A stretch of 44,719 nucleotides of DNA from Spirochaetia bacterium (GTDB lineage: Bacteria > Spirochaetota > Spirochaetia > DSM-27196 > Salinispiraceae). Position 1 is the stretch's first letter, and each line of letters opens with the position of its first letter. Position numbers and translations under genes: made by a program. The DNA lies in contig JBBRCZ010000018.1 of NCBI GenBank assembly GCA_038204425.1, forward strand, positions 1 to 44,719. Direction: 5' to 3'. The notes beneath the pieces are model-generated. The model saw nothing but the letters and a program-made list of their open reading frames with translations, had not been told where the DNA came from and made no database searches. This document shows, in pieces, positions 18,413 through 27,346 of this stretch.

Positions 18413-20519
18413 AAATAACGATCAGGCTGGCACCAAGGTCGGCAAAGACCGCCATCCAAAGTGTGGCAGTGCCTGCGAAAGTGAGCGCCAGAAAGGCCGC
18501 TTTGATGCCGAGAGCAATGCCGATATTCTGCACGAGAACCGAAGAGGTTTTTTGTGCCAAACGGACAAACAGGGGCAATAAGCGCAAATCATCGTTCATC
18601 AGAATTACGTCAGCAGTTTCGATAGCCGAGCCTGTGCCACTTCGGCCAAGGGAAAAGCTAATGTCTGCCTTGGCGAGTGCAGGGGTATCGTTGATACCGT
18701 CGCCGACGAAGGCAACGGTTTGGCCAGTTTTGCAAAGCTGATCGATGTAGTTCAGTTTTTCTTGGGGCATGCAGTTTCCCAAAGCATTGCTTATTCCCAT
18801 TTTTTGAGCAATTGCATCAACTGTCCGTTGATTATCGCCCGACAAAATGTGTGTTTGTATGCCAAACGCCCGTAAGTGGTCTACGGCCAATACTGCTGAG
18901 TCGCGAGCTACGTCGGCGACGCCAAAAACGGCGACTATCTGTTGTCCAGTGGCCAAGACAAGGCTTGTTTTACCTTGCGCTGCTAGTTGTGCGAGCAGGG
19001 CGCCTGTTGGATCATCAGAAGAAACTGTATTGGCATCAGGGCGCCAGTTTCCCAAAAAGTACGGGACACCGTCGATGCTTCCTTGGATGCCGCGACCGGG
19101 AAGAGCGCTAAAAGCGCTTACCTTGACTCGTTTTAGGTCTTGATTTTCAGCAGCAAGAGCAATAGCGCGCGACACAGGGTGGTTGGATCGTTCCGCAAGT
19201 GAGCTGGCAATTATTCGGCTGCGCTGAGCGTCTTGCCCAGCAATGGCAACAAAATTGGTCAAAACCGGGCGACCTTGAGTAAGTGTGCCAGTCTTATCAA
19301 ATACAAAGTGGTCAATTTTTTTGCCCCGCTCGAGGTAAACTCCCCCTTTGATTATCAGCCCTGCTCGGGCAGCTGCTGCGAGGGCACTGACAATGGAAAT
19401 TGGCGTCGCTATAACTAAGGCGCAAGGACAGGCAATAACGAGCAAGACCAAGCTTTTGTAGAACCACTCTTGCCAGTTTGCGCCTGCAAAGAATAAAGGA
19501 ACTAGTGCGACCAGCAGCGCTCCGACACAAACCAGGGGCGTGTATACACGTGCAAAGCGGTCAACAAAACGTTGGGTCGGCGCTCGACTCGCTTGTGCTT
19601 CTTCTACCAGATGAATAATTCGTGATAATAGTGTTGCCTGCGAATGGGCGCTCACTCTAAAAACAAATTCACCATTTTGGTTTACCGTACCAGCAAAAAC
19701 TGGGTCACCAAGTGCTTTTTCTACTGGCATGCTTTCGCCACTTATTGCAGCCTGGTCGATACTACTTGCGCCTTCCACAATTTGCCCGTCGAGTGAAATG
19801 CATTCTCCGGGGCCAACTCTGACGAGTTGTTTTACTTGGACTTTGGCGACAGGCATAGATTGCCACGAACCGTCGGGTGCCTGAACAGTAGCTTCTGTTG
19901 GTAGCAGCGAAACTAGGCCTACAATGGCGTTTCTGGCTTTATCAAGGGATTGATCTTCTAGGTGTTCGGCTAAAGCAAAGAGTACAAGTACCATGGCAGC
20001 TTCTGGCCATTCGCCCAAAATAATGGCGCCCGTTACGGCGATGCTCATGAGTGCATTTATGTTGAGATTGCGATGGATGAGCGCCATTATGCCTTTTTTA
20101 AAGGTTTCCAAACCTGCCAGGAGAATCGCAACTAAAGCGAGAGCTGCTGGCAGCAATGGATGACCGACTTGTAGCCACTCGCTTGTTTCAGATGCAAGCG
20201 CAGCCAGGCCACCGGCTATCAACCAAGGCCACATCAATTTCTTTTTCTTGCCATCTTGCTTGGCATTGCCAGCAAGCGCCTCTGACTGTTCTAGGGGAAG
20301 TGCTTCAAAGCCGATTTCTCGTATTGAGTTTTGGAGCAAGTCTTCGCTTATAAGAGTGTGGTGGATAGTAAGGGTTCGTTTGAGCATATTGAAATCCAGG
20401 CGATTGACGCCCGGTACAGAACTCAATCTAGTGCGAATGTGACCTTCTTCCACCGCGCAGCACATGCCTTCTATTTCGTAGGTAATTTGGTATTCGTCAT
20501 TCGTTTTTTTATTTACCAT
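18312..20519 (-). CDS. Heavy-metal-translocating P1B-2 ATPase (Zn/Cd/Pb; ZntA/CadA-like)
   Basis: N-terminal HMA domain GMCCAVE. Motifs SGES, ACPCAL, FDKTGTLT, SNHP and VGDGINDTPAL. Late transmembrane Lys (GIKAAF) and Asp/Gly (FADLG) are typical of P1B-2. Confidence 0.92.
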   Translation of the reverse strand: MVNKKTNDEYQITYEIEGMCCAVEEGHIRTRLSSVPGVNRLDFNMLKRTLTIHHTLISEDLLQNSIREIGFEALPLEQSEALAGNAKQDGKKKKLMWPWLIAGGLAALASETSEWLQVGHPLLPAALALVAILLAGLETFKKGIMALIHRNLNINALMSIAVTGAIILGEWPEAAMVLVLFALAEHLEDQSLDKARNAIVGLVSLLPTEATVQAPDGSWQSMPVAKVQVKQLVRVGPGECISLDGQIVEGASSIDQAAISGESMPVEKALGDPVFAGTVNQNGEFVFRVSAHSQATLLSRIIHLVEEAQASRAPTQRFVDRFARVYTPLVCVGALLVALVPLFFAGANWQEWFYKSLVLLVIACPCALVIATPISIVSALAAAARAGLIIKGGVYLERGKKIDHFVFDKTGTLTQGRPVLTNFVAIAGQDAQRSRIIASSLAERSNHPVSRAIALAAENQDLKRVKVSAFSALPGRGIQGSIDGVPYFLGNWRPDANTVSSDDPTGALLAQLAAQGKTSLVLATGQQIVAVFGVADVARDSAVLAVDHLRAFGIQTHILSGDNQRTVDAIAQKMGISNALGNCMPQEKLNYIDQLCKTGQTVAFVGDGINDTPALAKADISFSLGRSGTGSAIETADVILMNDDLRLLPLFVRLAQKTSSVLVQNIGIALGIKAAFLALTFAGTATLWMAVFADLGASLIVIFNGLRMLKLPRSGHTYPVKASTKHSLESDQSPT

Positions 20520-20990
20520 CAAAGATTTTCCTTTCTGTGATTTCCTGAACCCCCAAGCGACGCGAGGCTGCAGTTTTGGGTCTCAACAGATCAAAGCTGG
20601 CTAAGAGTGCCAGCGCCAGAATAGGTAAGATCATAACGTTCATAGCAAACCAACCAATCCTGTTTTCTAAAAACCCGGCACCGTAGGTGGCCACACTTGC
20701 CAAACCAAATTCAAAACCAAGCATAGAGATGACAGCTTGGACCGTCATTATCAAAATACCCAGCACTATGAGCCATTTTTTTTCCAAGCGTTTGATCAAA
20801 AATCCAGAAAAGAACGAAGGAATATACATACCAAGCACGTGCCATTGTAAGACCATGGTAGTCTCACCGTGAACATGGCCTTGCGTCCCCATCTTGCCAT
20901 AAACATTGAAGCAGGAAACAAACCAAGTTGATAAAAGCCTTGCGATATTGAATACTTAACTAAGGATAAAGGTAGTTTACGCATAGTTGG
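20509..20990 (-). pseudogene. Internally deleted, frameshifted MFS transporter remnant (RfnT-like family)
   Basis: An N-terminal-type segment (FPASMFMARWGRK) in one frame joins, near 20880, a C-terminal-half segment (GHVHGETTMVLQWHVLGMYIPSFFSGFLI) in another frame. The total is far shorter than a 12-TM MFS. Confidence 0.65.
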
Positions 20991-21061
20991 GAATACTGTG
21001 CACCAAAAACGTGTGAGTGGCAATGGTTTTTTTACTAAGTCAAGAGAGGAAGCTTTAGCTA

Positions 21062-21751
21062 ATGTGTACCATCCTCAGCATAACTAACGTAACCGCGGTT
21101 GTTGATTTGGTGAGAGTTTTTACAGCCGAAGCAGGTCAAGTTCAAGAACTGACGAGCAATGAGTGGATCAACGGTTATGATTTTCCAAGATTGCCGTTAC
21201 TGTTCAACGATCTGTCGTGCTCTCTTGCGTCCTGGGGACTCATTCCTAGCTGGGTCAAAGACAACCAGCAGGCACGGCAGATGCGCGAGCGCACACTCAA
21301 CGCCAAAAGCGAAACCATGTATCAGTTGCCCAGCTTTAGAGCTTCGGCCAAGGAACAACGTTGCTTGCTGCCGGTCAATGGATTTTTTGAATACCAACAT
21401 CGTTTGGCAGGCAAACAAAAAGTGCCACACCTGATTGAGCTCAGCGGCCAGCAGGCTTTTTTTTTGGGTGGAATCGCTGCTACGTGGCGGGATCAAGTCA
21501 GCTTTTCGATTGTAACCATGCCTGCCAACAGCTTTTTGTCCACCATCCATAACAGCAAACTTCGCCAACCGGTGATCGTCCTTGCAGATCAGGTCCAACA
21601 GTGGCTGCATCCGACAAGCAAACAGGATGATGAGCTGTTTTTTGCTCCCAATGACGAGCTTGCCATCGAAGCACGAGAGTTTATTCGCCCGCCTGACAAA
21701 CTGCTGGTCAAACCGCCTAAAAAATCGTCGTCGCAGTTGCATCTATTCTAA
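21062..21751 (+). CDS. SOS response-associated peptidase (SRAP/YedK/HMCES family), abasic-site protection protein
   Basis: Cys at position 2 (MC). Motifs WGLIPSW, LNAKSET, RCLLPVNGFFEY and IHNSKLRQP. Confidence 0.88.
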   Translation: MCTILSITNVTAVVDLVRVFTAEAGQVQELTSNEWINGYDFPRLPLLFNDLSCSLASWGLIPSWVKDNQQARQMRERTLNAKSETMYQLPSFRASAKEQRCLLPVNGFFEYQHRLAGKQKVPHLIELSGQQAFFLGGIAATWRDQVSFSIVTMPANSFLSTIHNSKLRQPVIVLADQVQQWLHPTSKQDDELFFAPNDELAIEAREFIRPPDKLLVKPPKKSSSQLHLF

Positions 21752-21788
21752 AGAAATCCTATTGTTTTGTTAATCTAGGGGGTGCGTT

Positions 21789-22718
21789 ATGTCCATTAGA
21801 CCAGTAAAGAGAATAGACAAAGCCCAAGCGGTCATAGAAGGCGCTGGTGTGCATTTGCACCGTGCATTTGGCTTTGGAAAATCAGAAGACTACGATCCTT
21901 TTTTACTCTTTGACGACTTTAGAAATGATGACCCAGAAAAATATCAAGCAGGGTTTCCCTGGCATCCACATCGAGGCATAGAGACAATTACTTACGTTTT
22001 GGCGGGCGAGGTGAGCCACGCCGATAGTTTGGGAAACAAAGGTGTCATGGGCCCTGGTGATATTCAATGGATGACAGCCGGTAGTGGCATTTTACATCAA
22101 GAGATGCCCAAGGGTGACAATGCAGGCCGCATGCATGGTTTTCAGTTGTGGGCCAACCTTCCAGCTGCTCAGAAAATGACCAAGCCTCGCTATCAGGACA
22201 TTAACAGTAGCCAAATTCCCGAGCTTGGCGATGACGATGGTACTCTGGTTAGGGTTATTTGTGGCGATTTTAAGGGTAAGCGTGGCCCGGTTGAGGGCAT
22301 TGCTGCTGATCCGCGCTACTTGGACATTCAAGTTCCGGCTGGTCGCAGAAAAACCTTTAAGGTAGAACTCGACAGACACGCTTTTGCCTACGTCTTTGAA
22401 GGGTCCGGTCACTTTCTTGCTGCTTCCGAAGCGCAAGCTGTGCCCACCGAGAATCCAAACAATCCCGACCAGCACGACAGTCCAATCCTAATGCCTCCTG
22501 TCACGCATTGGGACAGTGATAATCGCAGTCTAATTCTCTTTGATAAAGGCGACGAGGTGTCCGTGCAGGCTGGGCCCAAAGGCATACGATTTTTGCTAGT
22601 TTCTGGTCAACCACTTAAAGAACCGGTGGCATGGTATGGCCCGATTGTAATGAACACCCAAGAAGAGATTAAACAAGCGGTGAGAGACTTACAAAGTGGC
22701 AGTTTTATCCAAGATTGA
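21789..22718 (+). CDS. Pirin-family bicupin protein
   Basis: Motifs DPFLLFD, GFPWHPHRGIETITY, QWMTAGSGILHQE, GFQLWANLP and EPVAWYGPIVMNT. Confidence 0.95.
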   Translation: MSIRPVKRIDKAQAVIEGAGVHLHRAFGFGKSEDYDPFLLFDDFRNDDPEKYQAGFPWHPHRGIETITYVLAGEVSHADSLGNKGVMGPGDIQWMTAGSGILHQEMPKGDNAGRMHGFQLWANLPAAQKMTKPRYQDINSSQIPELGDDDGTLVRVICGDFKGKRGPVEGIAADPRYLDIQVPAGRRKTFKVELDRHAFAYVFEGSGHFLAASEAQAVPTENPNNPDQHDSPILMPPVTHWDSDNRSLILFDKGDEVSVQAGPKGIRFLLVSGQPLKEPVAWYGPIVMNTQEEIKQAVRDLQSGSFIQD

Positions 22719-22725
22719 GCAAAGT

Positions 22726-22754
22726 TTGCCACCATAGCGTTTAAGGGGTATATT
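22726..22754 (+). promoter_or_regulatory. Putative sigma70 promoter of the OmpA-like lipoprotein gene
   Basis: TTGCCA-17 nt-TATATT followed by a purine-rich SD region. Confidence 0.5.
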
Positions 22755-22780
22755 GGATCTACGAAGAGGAAGGTGTACCA

Positions 22781-23350
22781 ATGTTTACTAAAACGCCAAT
22801 CAAAACGCCAATCAAAACCGTCTTGTGGCTTACTGGCTCGGTTGTTCTTGCCCTAAGCTTGTTTGCTTGTACGCAAAAAGAAGAACGCCGCGATAGCCAG
22901 CTTGAGACAAGTACAACAAGTCTGCCGGCACTTAAGGAAGAACCAGCTGTCCAACTACAAAAGGCTGGACCGGAGCAATTTGCTGTGCTAAAAAAGCTTG
23001 TAGCCGACAATACGCCAATATACTTTCAAAAAGACTCGGTTTTGCTGCGCCGAGGCGAGGTCAGCAAGCTAGAACGAATTGCTGAAGAGGCCAAAAAATA
23101 TCAGAATGTTATGCTCAGCTTTAAGGGCCACACTGCCAAGGCTATGACTGAGAGTGCCCGCTACAACCTATCCATAGCTCGTGGCCAAACAATTCGCTGG
23201 TGGTTTGAATACCGTTTGGGATTGGACTTGGTGGCAGTGCAAGTCTACGGTTACGGTTCTACTCGAAGAGTAGATACAGGTAACAGTGAGGCTGCTCGCG
23301 CCAAAAACCGCCGCGTAGTCATAGAAGTGGACAGCGCAACTCAACGCTGA
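22781..23350 (+). CDS. OmpA/Pal-like peptidoglycan-associated lipoprotein
   Basis: Signal peptide ending LSLFA-C. OmpA C-like motifs IYF, GHTA, LSIARG, GYGS and KNRRV. Confidence 0.8.
   Translation: MFTKTPIKTPIKTVLWLTGSVVLALSLFACTQKEERRDSQLETSTTSLPALKEEPAVQLQKAGPEQFAVLKKLVADNTPIYFQKDSVLLRRGEVSKLERIAEEAKKYQNVMLSFKGHTAKAMTESARYNLSIARGQTIRWWFEYRLGLDLVAVQVYGYGSTRRVDTGNSEAARAKNRRVVIEVDSATQR
22790..22818 (+). repeat. 12-bp tandem duplication in the signal peptide (KTPI-KTPI-KT)
   Basis: AAAACGCCAATC twice plus a partial AAAAC. Confidence 0.85.
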
Positions 23351-23392
23351 TCTTTAATCTTACCAAAAGGTAGTCGCGCGCAGCGTTCTCAC

Positions 23393-23421
23393 TTGACCCG
23401 AGCTGCGCGCATTCGTATTAT
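23393..23421 (+). promoter_or_regulatory. Sigma70 promoter of the rib operon
   Basis: TTGACC-17 nt-TATTAT. The predicted start site (about 23428) coincides with the riboswitch 5' end. Confidence 0.7.
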
Positions 23422-23427
23422 AAAGGT

Positions 23428-23565
23428 GATCTTTGGGGCGGGGTGAGTTTGGCAGCAATGCTAGCAAGTCCCCACCGGCGGTAAAGCCCGCGATCCGGTC
23501 TGCGGAGACTGGTTGAACTAGGTGAAATTCCAGTGCCGACGGTATAGTCCGGATGGAAAAAGATC
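23428..23565 (+). ncRNA. FMN riboswitch (RFN element)
   Basis: P1 GATCTTT/AAAGATC. Conserved blocks GGGGCGGGGTGA...AGTCCCCACCGGCGGT, GCCCGCGA, GGTGAAATTCC and GCCGACGGTATAGTCCGGATGG. Lies directly upstream of ribD. Confidence 0.95.
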
Positions 23566-23648
23566 TTTCTCTTTTCCGCAATGGGTCGTCGTGTAGCGAC
23601 CCCTGCCTGTGGCACTTTTTCCAACGGCCCCCGCCCCCGGGGAATTGC

Positions 23649-24836
23649 ATGGATCCGATTTTATGGATGAATCGGGCACTTGAACTTGCCCGAAACCAAA
23701 GCGCGTATACTGCTCCCAATCCTGCTGTAGCAGCACTTATTGTCAAAGATGGCCAACTCTTGGGCCAAGGCTTTCACATTGGGGCTGGTCATGCTCATGC
23801 CGAAGTCGCTGCTCTCAACGACGCTCGTTCGCGTGGCCACCAGTTGCGCGGTGCCACCATGTACGTCACACTAGAACCATGTTGCCACTCAAGCCCCGGC
23901 AAGAGAACGCCACCCTGTGTTCCGCAGATTATCAGCGCCGGAATTAGTGTTGTCTATGCTGCCTGTCCAGATCCAAACCCCGAAGTCTCGGGCAAGGGCA
24001 TGGCAGCTCTCAAGGCGGCTGGTTTGGTGGCTTATTGGGGACCTTGCTTTACAGCCGGTCAAGAACTGATAGCCGATTTTTGTGCCTGGCAATTGGCAAA
24101 AAGACCTCTTGTGACACTCAAATGGGCTCAAAGTTTGGATGGTCGCGCCCATGACAGAGACCACGTCTCACAATGGATTAGCTCTTCATCATCAAGGGTG
24201 CAAGCCCATCTCTTGCGTGCCGCTCACGATGCGGTAGCTGTTGGTGCAGGTACACTGCGCAATGACGATCCTTCACTTACTATCAGGTTGTCAGATAAAG
24301 ATTTAGAACAGGTTCCACGGCTACTTGAAAGCCCTAAGCGACTCAGGCTTGTCTTTGCTGGCCAAGAGCCGCTGCCTGTCCATGCGAAGTTGTTTACCGA
24401 TGCCCATGTACAACAAACATGGATTGTGGCCAAGCCAGGCAGCCGCGCCAGTTTACAAGCGGCAAGCCTCTGTCCTGGCAGAACCATAGATTGGGATGGT
24501 CAGGACTGGTCACAGTTGGGACTCAAGCTGATGTCTATTGGCGTCTATCACCTGATGGTAGAAGGCGGGCCAAAGTTGCTGGCTTCCTGTATTGCCGCCG
24601 GTTTTTGGGACAAGATCATAAGCTTTGTGGCTCCCCTGCTGATTGGTGGTGGAGACAGTGTCCCGGCAAACTTTGGCAGCGGACTCCTGGGCGACCGAGT
24701 GCGCCTAGAGCGGCCAGAGTGGTCAATTTACGAAGGGGATGCATGTTTGCGGGCCTGGAATCCCGACGCACCGGCGCTGCGACTTGGTATGTTCTTACCG
24801 AGCGTTATGGAGGGTGAGCAATGTTTACTGGTTTAG
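23649..24836 (+). CDS. ribD: Bifunctional riboflavin deaminase/reductase
   Basis: Motifs PNPAVAA, HAEVAAL, YVTLEPCCH, TPPC, DPNP, KWAQSLDG, VGAGT..DDPSL and VEGG. Start placed at ATG 23649; the ORF-track start at 23553 lies inside the riboswitch. Confidence 0.93.
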   Translation: MDPILWMNRALELARNQSAYTAPNPAVAALIVKDGQLLGQGFHIGAGHAHAEVAALNDARSRGHQLRGATMYVTLEPCCHSSPGKRTPPCVPQIISAGISVVYAACPDPNPEVSGKGMAALKAAGLVAYWGPCFTAGQELIADFCAWQLAKRPLVTLKWAQSLDGRAHDRDHVSQWISSSSSRVQAHLLRAAHDAVAVGAGTLRNDDPSLTIRLSDKDLEQVPRLLESPKRLRLVFAGQEPLPVHAKLFTDAHVQQTWIVAKPGSRASLQAASLCPGRTIDWDGQDWSQLGLKLMSIGVYHLMVEGGPKLLASCIAAGFWDKIISFVAPLLIGGGDSVPANFGSGLLGDRVRLERPEWSIYEGDACLRAWNPDAPALRLGMFLPSVMEGEQCLLV

Positions 24837-25459
24837 TAGAAGAATGTGGAAAACTAGTTGCCAAGCAGGCAGCCAATCGCGGTATCAAACTGCGTTTTGC
24901 GGCATCAGTCGTCACCAATGGGCTTCAGCTTGGCGATTCTATCTCAGTAAACGGCGTCTGCCAGACGGTAACTGCTTTTACTGAAGGCTGGTTTGAGGTG
25001 GAGGCGGTAGGCGACACGCTCGACAAGACAAGCTTGGGTAAGCTCAGTCTCGGTCACAACGTCAACTTGGAGCGGGCATGTTTACCGACCACTCGCTTGG
25101 GTGGGCATTTGGTACAGGGACATGTAAGTGGCACCGGGACGGTTTTGGCATGGCAAGCTGAGGGTCAGAGCTATCGCTTGGAACTGTCATTGCCGGAAAC
25201 CCTGCGTCGCTACGTGGTGGCCGAGGGTTCGATCTGCTTAGATGGCATAAGCTTGACGGTGGCACAAATCTGGGCTGATAAACTGCGTGTCAATGTAATT
25301 CCTCATAGCAGGGCTCAAACCAACCTGCTAGATTTGGCAGTTGGCGATGTAATGAATATTGAGGTGGATATTCTGGCAAAATATGTAGAAAGCCTGCTTT
25401 CTCATACAGGACCGGGATCGAGACTAAACGAGACTGCCTTGCGCAGTTGGGGATACTAA
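24821..25459 (+). CDS. ribE: Riboflavin synthase (alpha chain)
   Basis: MFTG N-terminus. Motifs GDSISVNGVCQTV, VNLER, GGHLVQGHV, GSICLDGISLTV and NIEVD. The gene is called ribC in E. coli nomenclature. Confidence 0.95.
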   Translation: MFTGLVEECGKLVAKQAANRGIKLRFAASVVTNGLQLGDSISVNGVCQTVTAFTEGWFEVEAVGDTLDKTSLGKLSLGHNVNLERACLPTTRLGGHLVQGHVSGTGTVLAWQAEGQSYRLELSLPETLRRYVVAEGSICLDGISLTVAQIWADKLRVNVIPHSRAQTNLLDLAVGDVMNIEVDILAKYVESLLSHTGPGSRLNETALRSWGY

Positions 25460-26718
25460 TGGAACAAAAAGACGCAGTTCAATTTGATACAATTGAAACG
25501 GCACTCAACGCCTTGGCCGATGGGCGCATGATCGTCGTTGTTGACGATGAGGACAGAGAGAACGAAGGCGACCTAATTATCGCCGCTGAGTTTGCCAACC
25601 CTGAGAAGGTAAACTTTATGGCACTCTATGGTCGTGGGCTAATCTGTGCTGGCATTGACCAGGCTTGCGCCGATCGGTTGGGCTTGTGGATAGCTAATGC
25701 TGGCAATCAACCTGGTGCCTTGCATGGCACCGCTTTTACCGAAAGCGTCGACTATTTGCATGGAACAACCACCGGCATCTCGGCTTCTGACCGCAGCGCT
25801 ACTTTTCGCGCCTTGGCACAGAGTTCCAGCAAGGGATCTGATTTTGGCAGACCCGGCCATGTTTTTCCCCTTATAGCCAAAAGCGGCGGCGTGTTGGAGC
25901 GGCGCGGGCATACCGAGGCAACAGTTGACTTGTGTCGCTTAGCTGGCTTATCAGGAGTCGGAGTCTTATGTGAAGTGCTTGATCCGGACGGCAGCATGGC
26001 GCGTGTACGATCGTTGTCTCGCTTGGCACAAAAACACCGTCTTCCTCTGATTAGTGTTGAGGCCTTGGTGCAATGGCGACGTCAACACGAAGAGCTGATT
26101 ATCGAGCGCGAGCGCGTACGCATGCCGCTAAAACAAGGTCAGTTTGAACTCAGCCTCCATGTTGACCTTTATCAAAGCCAGCATGGTGCCGAAATTCCTG
26201 TCTTGAGCCATAGCCGACATGGCCTATCCCCCAAACATATCCCGCTAGTAAGAGTGCACAGCGAGTGCCTAACCGGCGACGTTTTTGGCAGTTTGCGCTG
26301 TGACTGCGGCGCTCAGCTAGAAGCTTCTTTGGGGCTGATCGTCGATGATGGCCTTGGGGCAGTCATTTATTTGCGACAAGAAGGGCGCGGCATAGGCTTG
26401 TCTGCCAAACTGCGCGCCTACCATTTGCAAGAACAAGGCATGGATACCTACGACGCCAACACGGCCCAAGGGCTTCCCGCTGACGCACGTGACTATTGGC
26501 AGGCTGCTCAAATATTGCATGCCTGGGGTTGGAAGCGTGTAAGACTTTTGACCAATAATCCGGAAAAGGTTCTTGGACTCGAGCGCTACGGCATAGAAGT
26601 AGTGGAGCGGCTATCGCTTGATGTTGGCGCATCGCCAGAAAACGAAATGTATCGTAAAACCAAGGCCGCGCGCTTTGGACATATTCTAAACGTAGCAAGT
26701 AAGTCGGATAAGGAGTAG
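25459..26718 (+). CDS. ribBA: Bifunctional DHBP synthase / GTP cyclohydrolase II
   Basis: DHBP synthase motifs [27 protein letters not shown] and RRGHTEA. Cyclohydrolase motifs [30 protein letters not shown] and LTNNPEK. TAATG coupling to ribE. Confidence 0.95.
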   Translation: MEQKDAVQFDTIETALNALADGRMIVVVDDEDRENEGDLIIAAEFANPEKVNFMALYGRGLICAGIDQACADRLGLWIANAGNQPGALHGTAFTESVDYLHGTTTGISASDRSATFRALAQSSSKGSDFGRPGHVFPLIAKSGGVLERRGHTEATVDLCRLAGLSGVGVLCEVLDPDGSMARVRSLSRLAQKHRLPLISVEALVQWRRQHEELIIERERVRMPLKQGQFELSLHVDLYQSQHGAEIPVLSHSRHGLSPKHIPLVRVHSECLTGDVFGSLRCDCGAQLEASLGLIVDDGLGAVIYLRQEGRGIGLSAKLRAYHLQEQGMDTYDANTAQGLPADARDYWQAAQILHAWGWKRVRLLTNNPEKVLGLERYGIEVVERLSLDVGASPENEMYRKTKAARFGHILNVASKSDKE

Positions 26719-26720
26719 GT

Positions 26721-27185
26721 ATGAAAGTAATCGAAGGTGTTTTTGCTGGTCAGGGGCGCAAGCTTGCCTTGGTGGCCTCGCGTTTTAATGAGCTGATCGT
26801 TTCTAAATTGATCGAGGGCGCACGCGATGGACTCATCCGCCATGGTGTTGCCGATGCCGACATAAGTTTGGTGTGGGTGCCCGGTGCTTATGAGATTCCG
26901 CTAGTTGCAGGACGACTAGCGAGCACCAAACGTTATGATGCCGTCATCACCTTGGGTGCAGTTATTAGAGGAAGTACTCCTCACTTTGACTACGTGGCGG
27001 GCGAAGTCTCCAAGGGAGTTGCACATGAAAGCTTGCGTGTTGGGCTGCCTATAATTTTTGGTGTTTTGACTTGTGACAGTTTGGAACAAGCGCTTGAACG
27101 TGCAGGTGTCAAGTCAGGCAACAAGGGCTGGGACGCCGCCATGAGTGCGCTTGAGATGATGAGCCTGATGCCACAATTGGACTAA
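26721..27185 (+). CDS. ribH: 6,7-dimethyl-8-ribityllumazine synthase
   Basis: Motifs [39 protein letters not shown] and NKG. SD AAGGAG. Confidence 0.96.
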   Translation: MKVIEGVFAGQGRKLALVASRFNELIVSKLIEGARDGLIRHGVADADISLVWVPGAYEIPLVAGRLASTKRYDAVITLGAVIRGSTPHFDYVAGEVSKGVAHESLRVGLPIIFGVLTCDSLEQALERAGVKSGNKGWDAAMSALEMMSLMPQLD

Positions 27186-27346
27186 TGCTCAAGTTGAGCC
27201 AAGTACTTGTTGATAGAGGCTGCTGCAAGGCGGCCTTCGCCCATGATGACGGTCACGTGATTGCCAGACTTTACTTCGGCGTCGGACTCGATTCTTTTGA
27301 AGATAGCCCTTTTGGCCTCTACGTTGGTCTAAAAGTCTGGTTCTAA
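27185..27346 (+). CDS. Uncalled 53-aa ORF; small protein or C-terminal remnant of an outer-membrane beta-barrel gene
   Basis: ATG overlaps the ribH stop (TAATG). Hand translation is [53 protein letters not shown]. The stop abuts the terminator. Confidence 0.4.
   Translation: MLKLSQVLVDRGCCKAAFAHDDGHVIARLYFGVGLDSFEDSPFGLYVGLKVWF

Noticed and set aside
20993..21012. Possible LexA box upstream of SRAP (CTGTGCACCAAAAACG)
   Set aside because: The right half-site does not match CTGT-N8-ACAG, and this organism's LexA motif is unknown.
23360..23746. Minus-strand ORFs (128, 68 and 72 aa) and the ribD extension from 23553
   Set aside because: They overlay the FMN riboswitch and its promoter and show no protein motifs.
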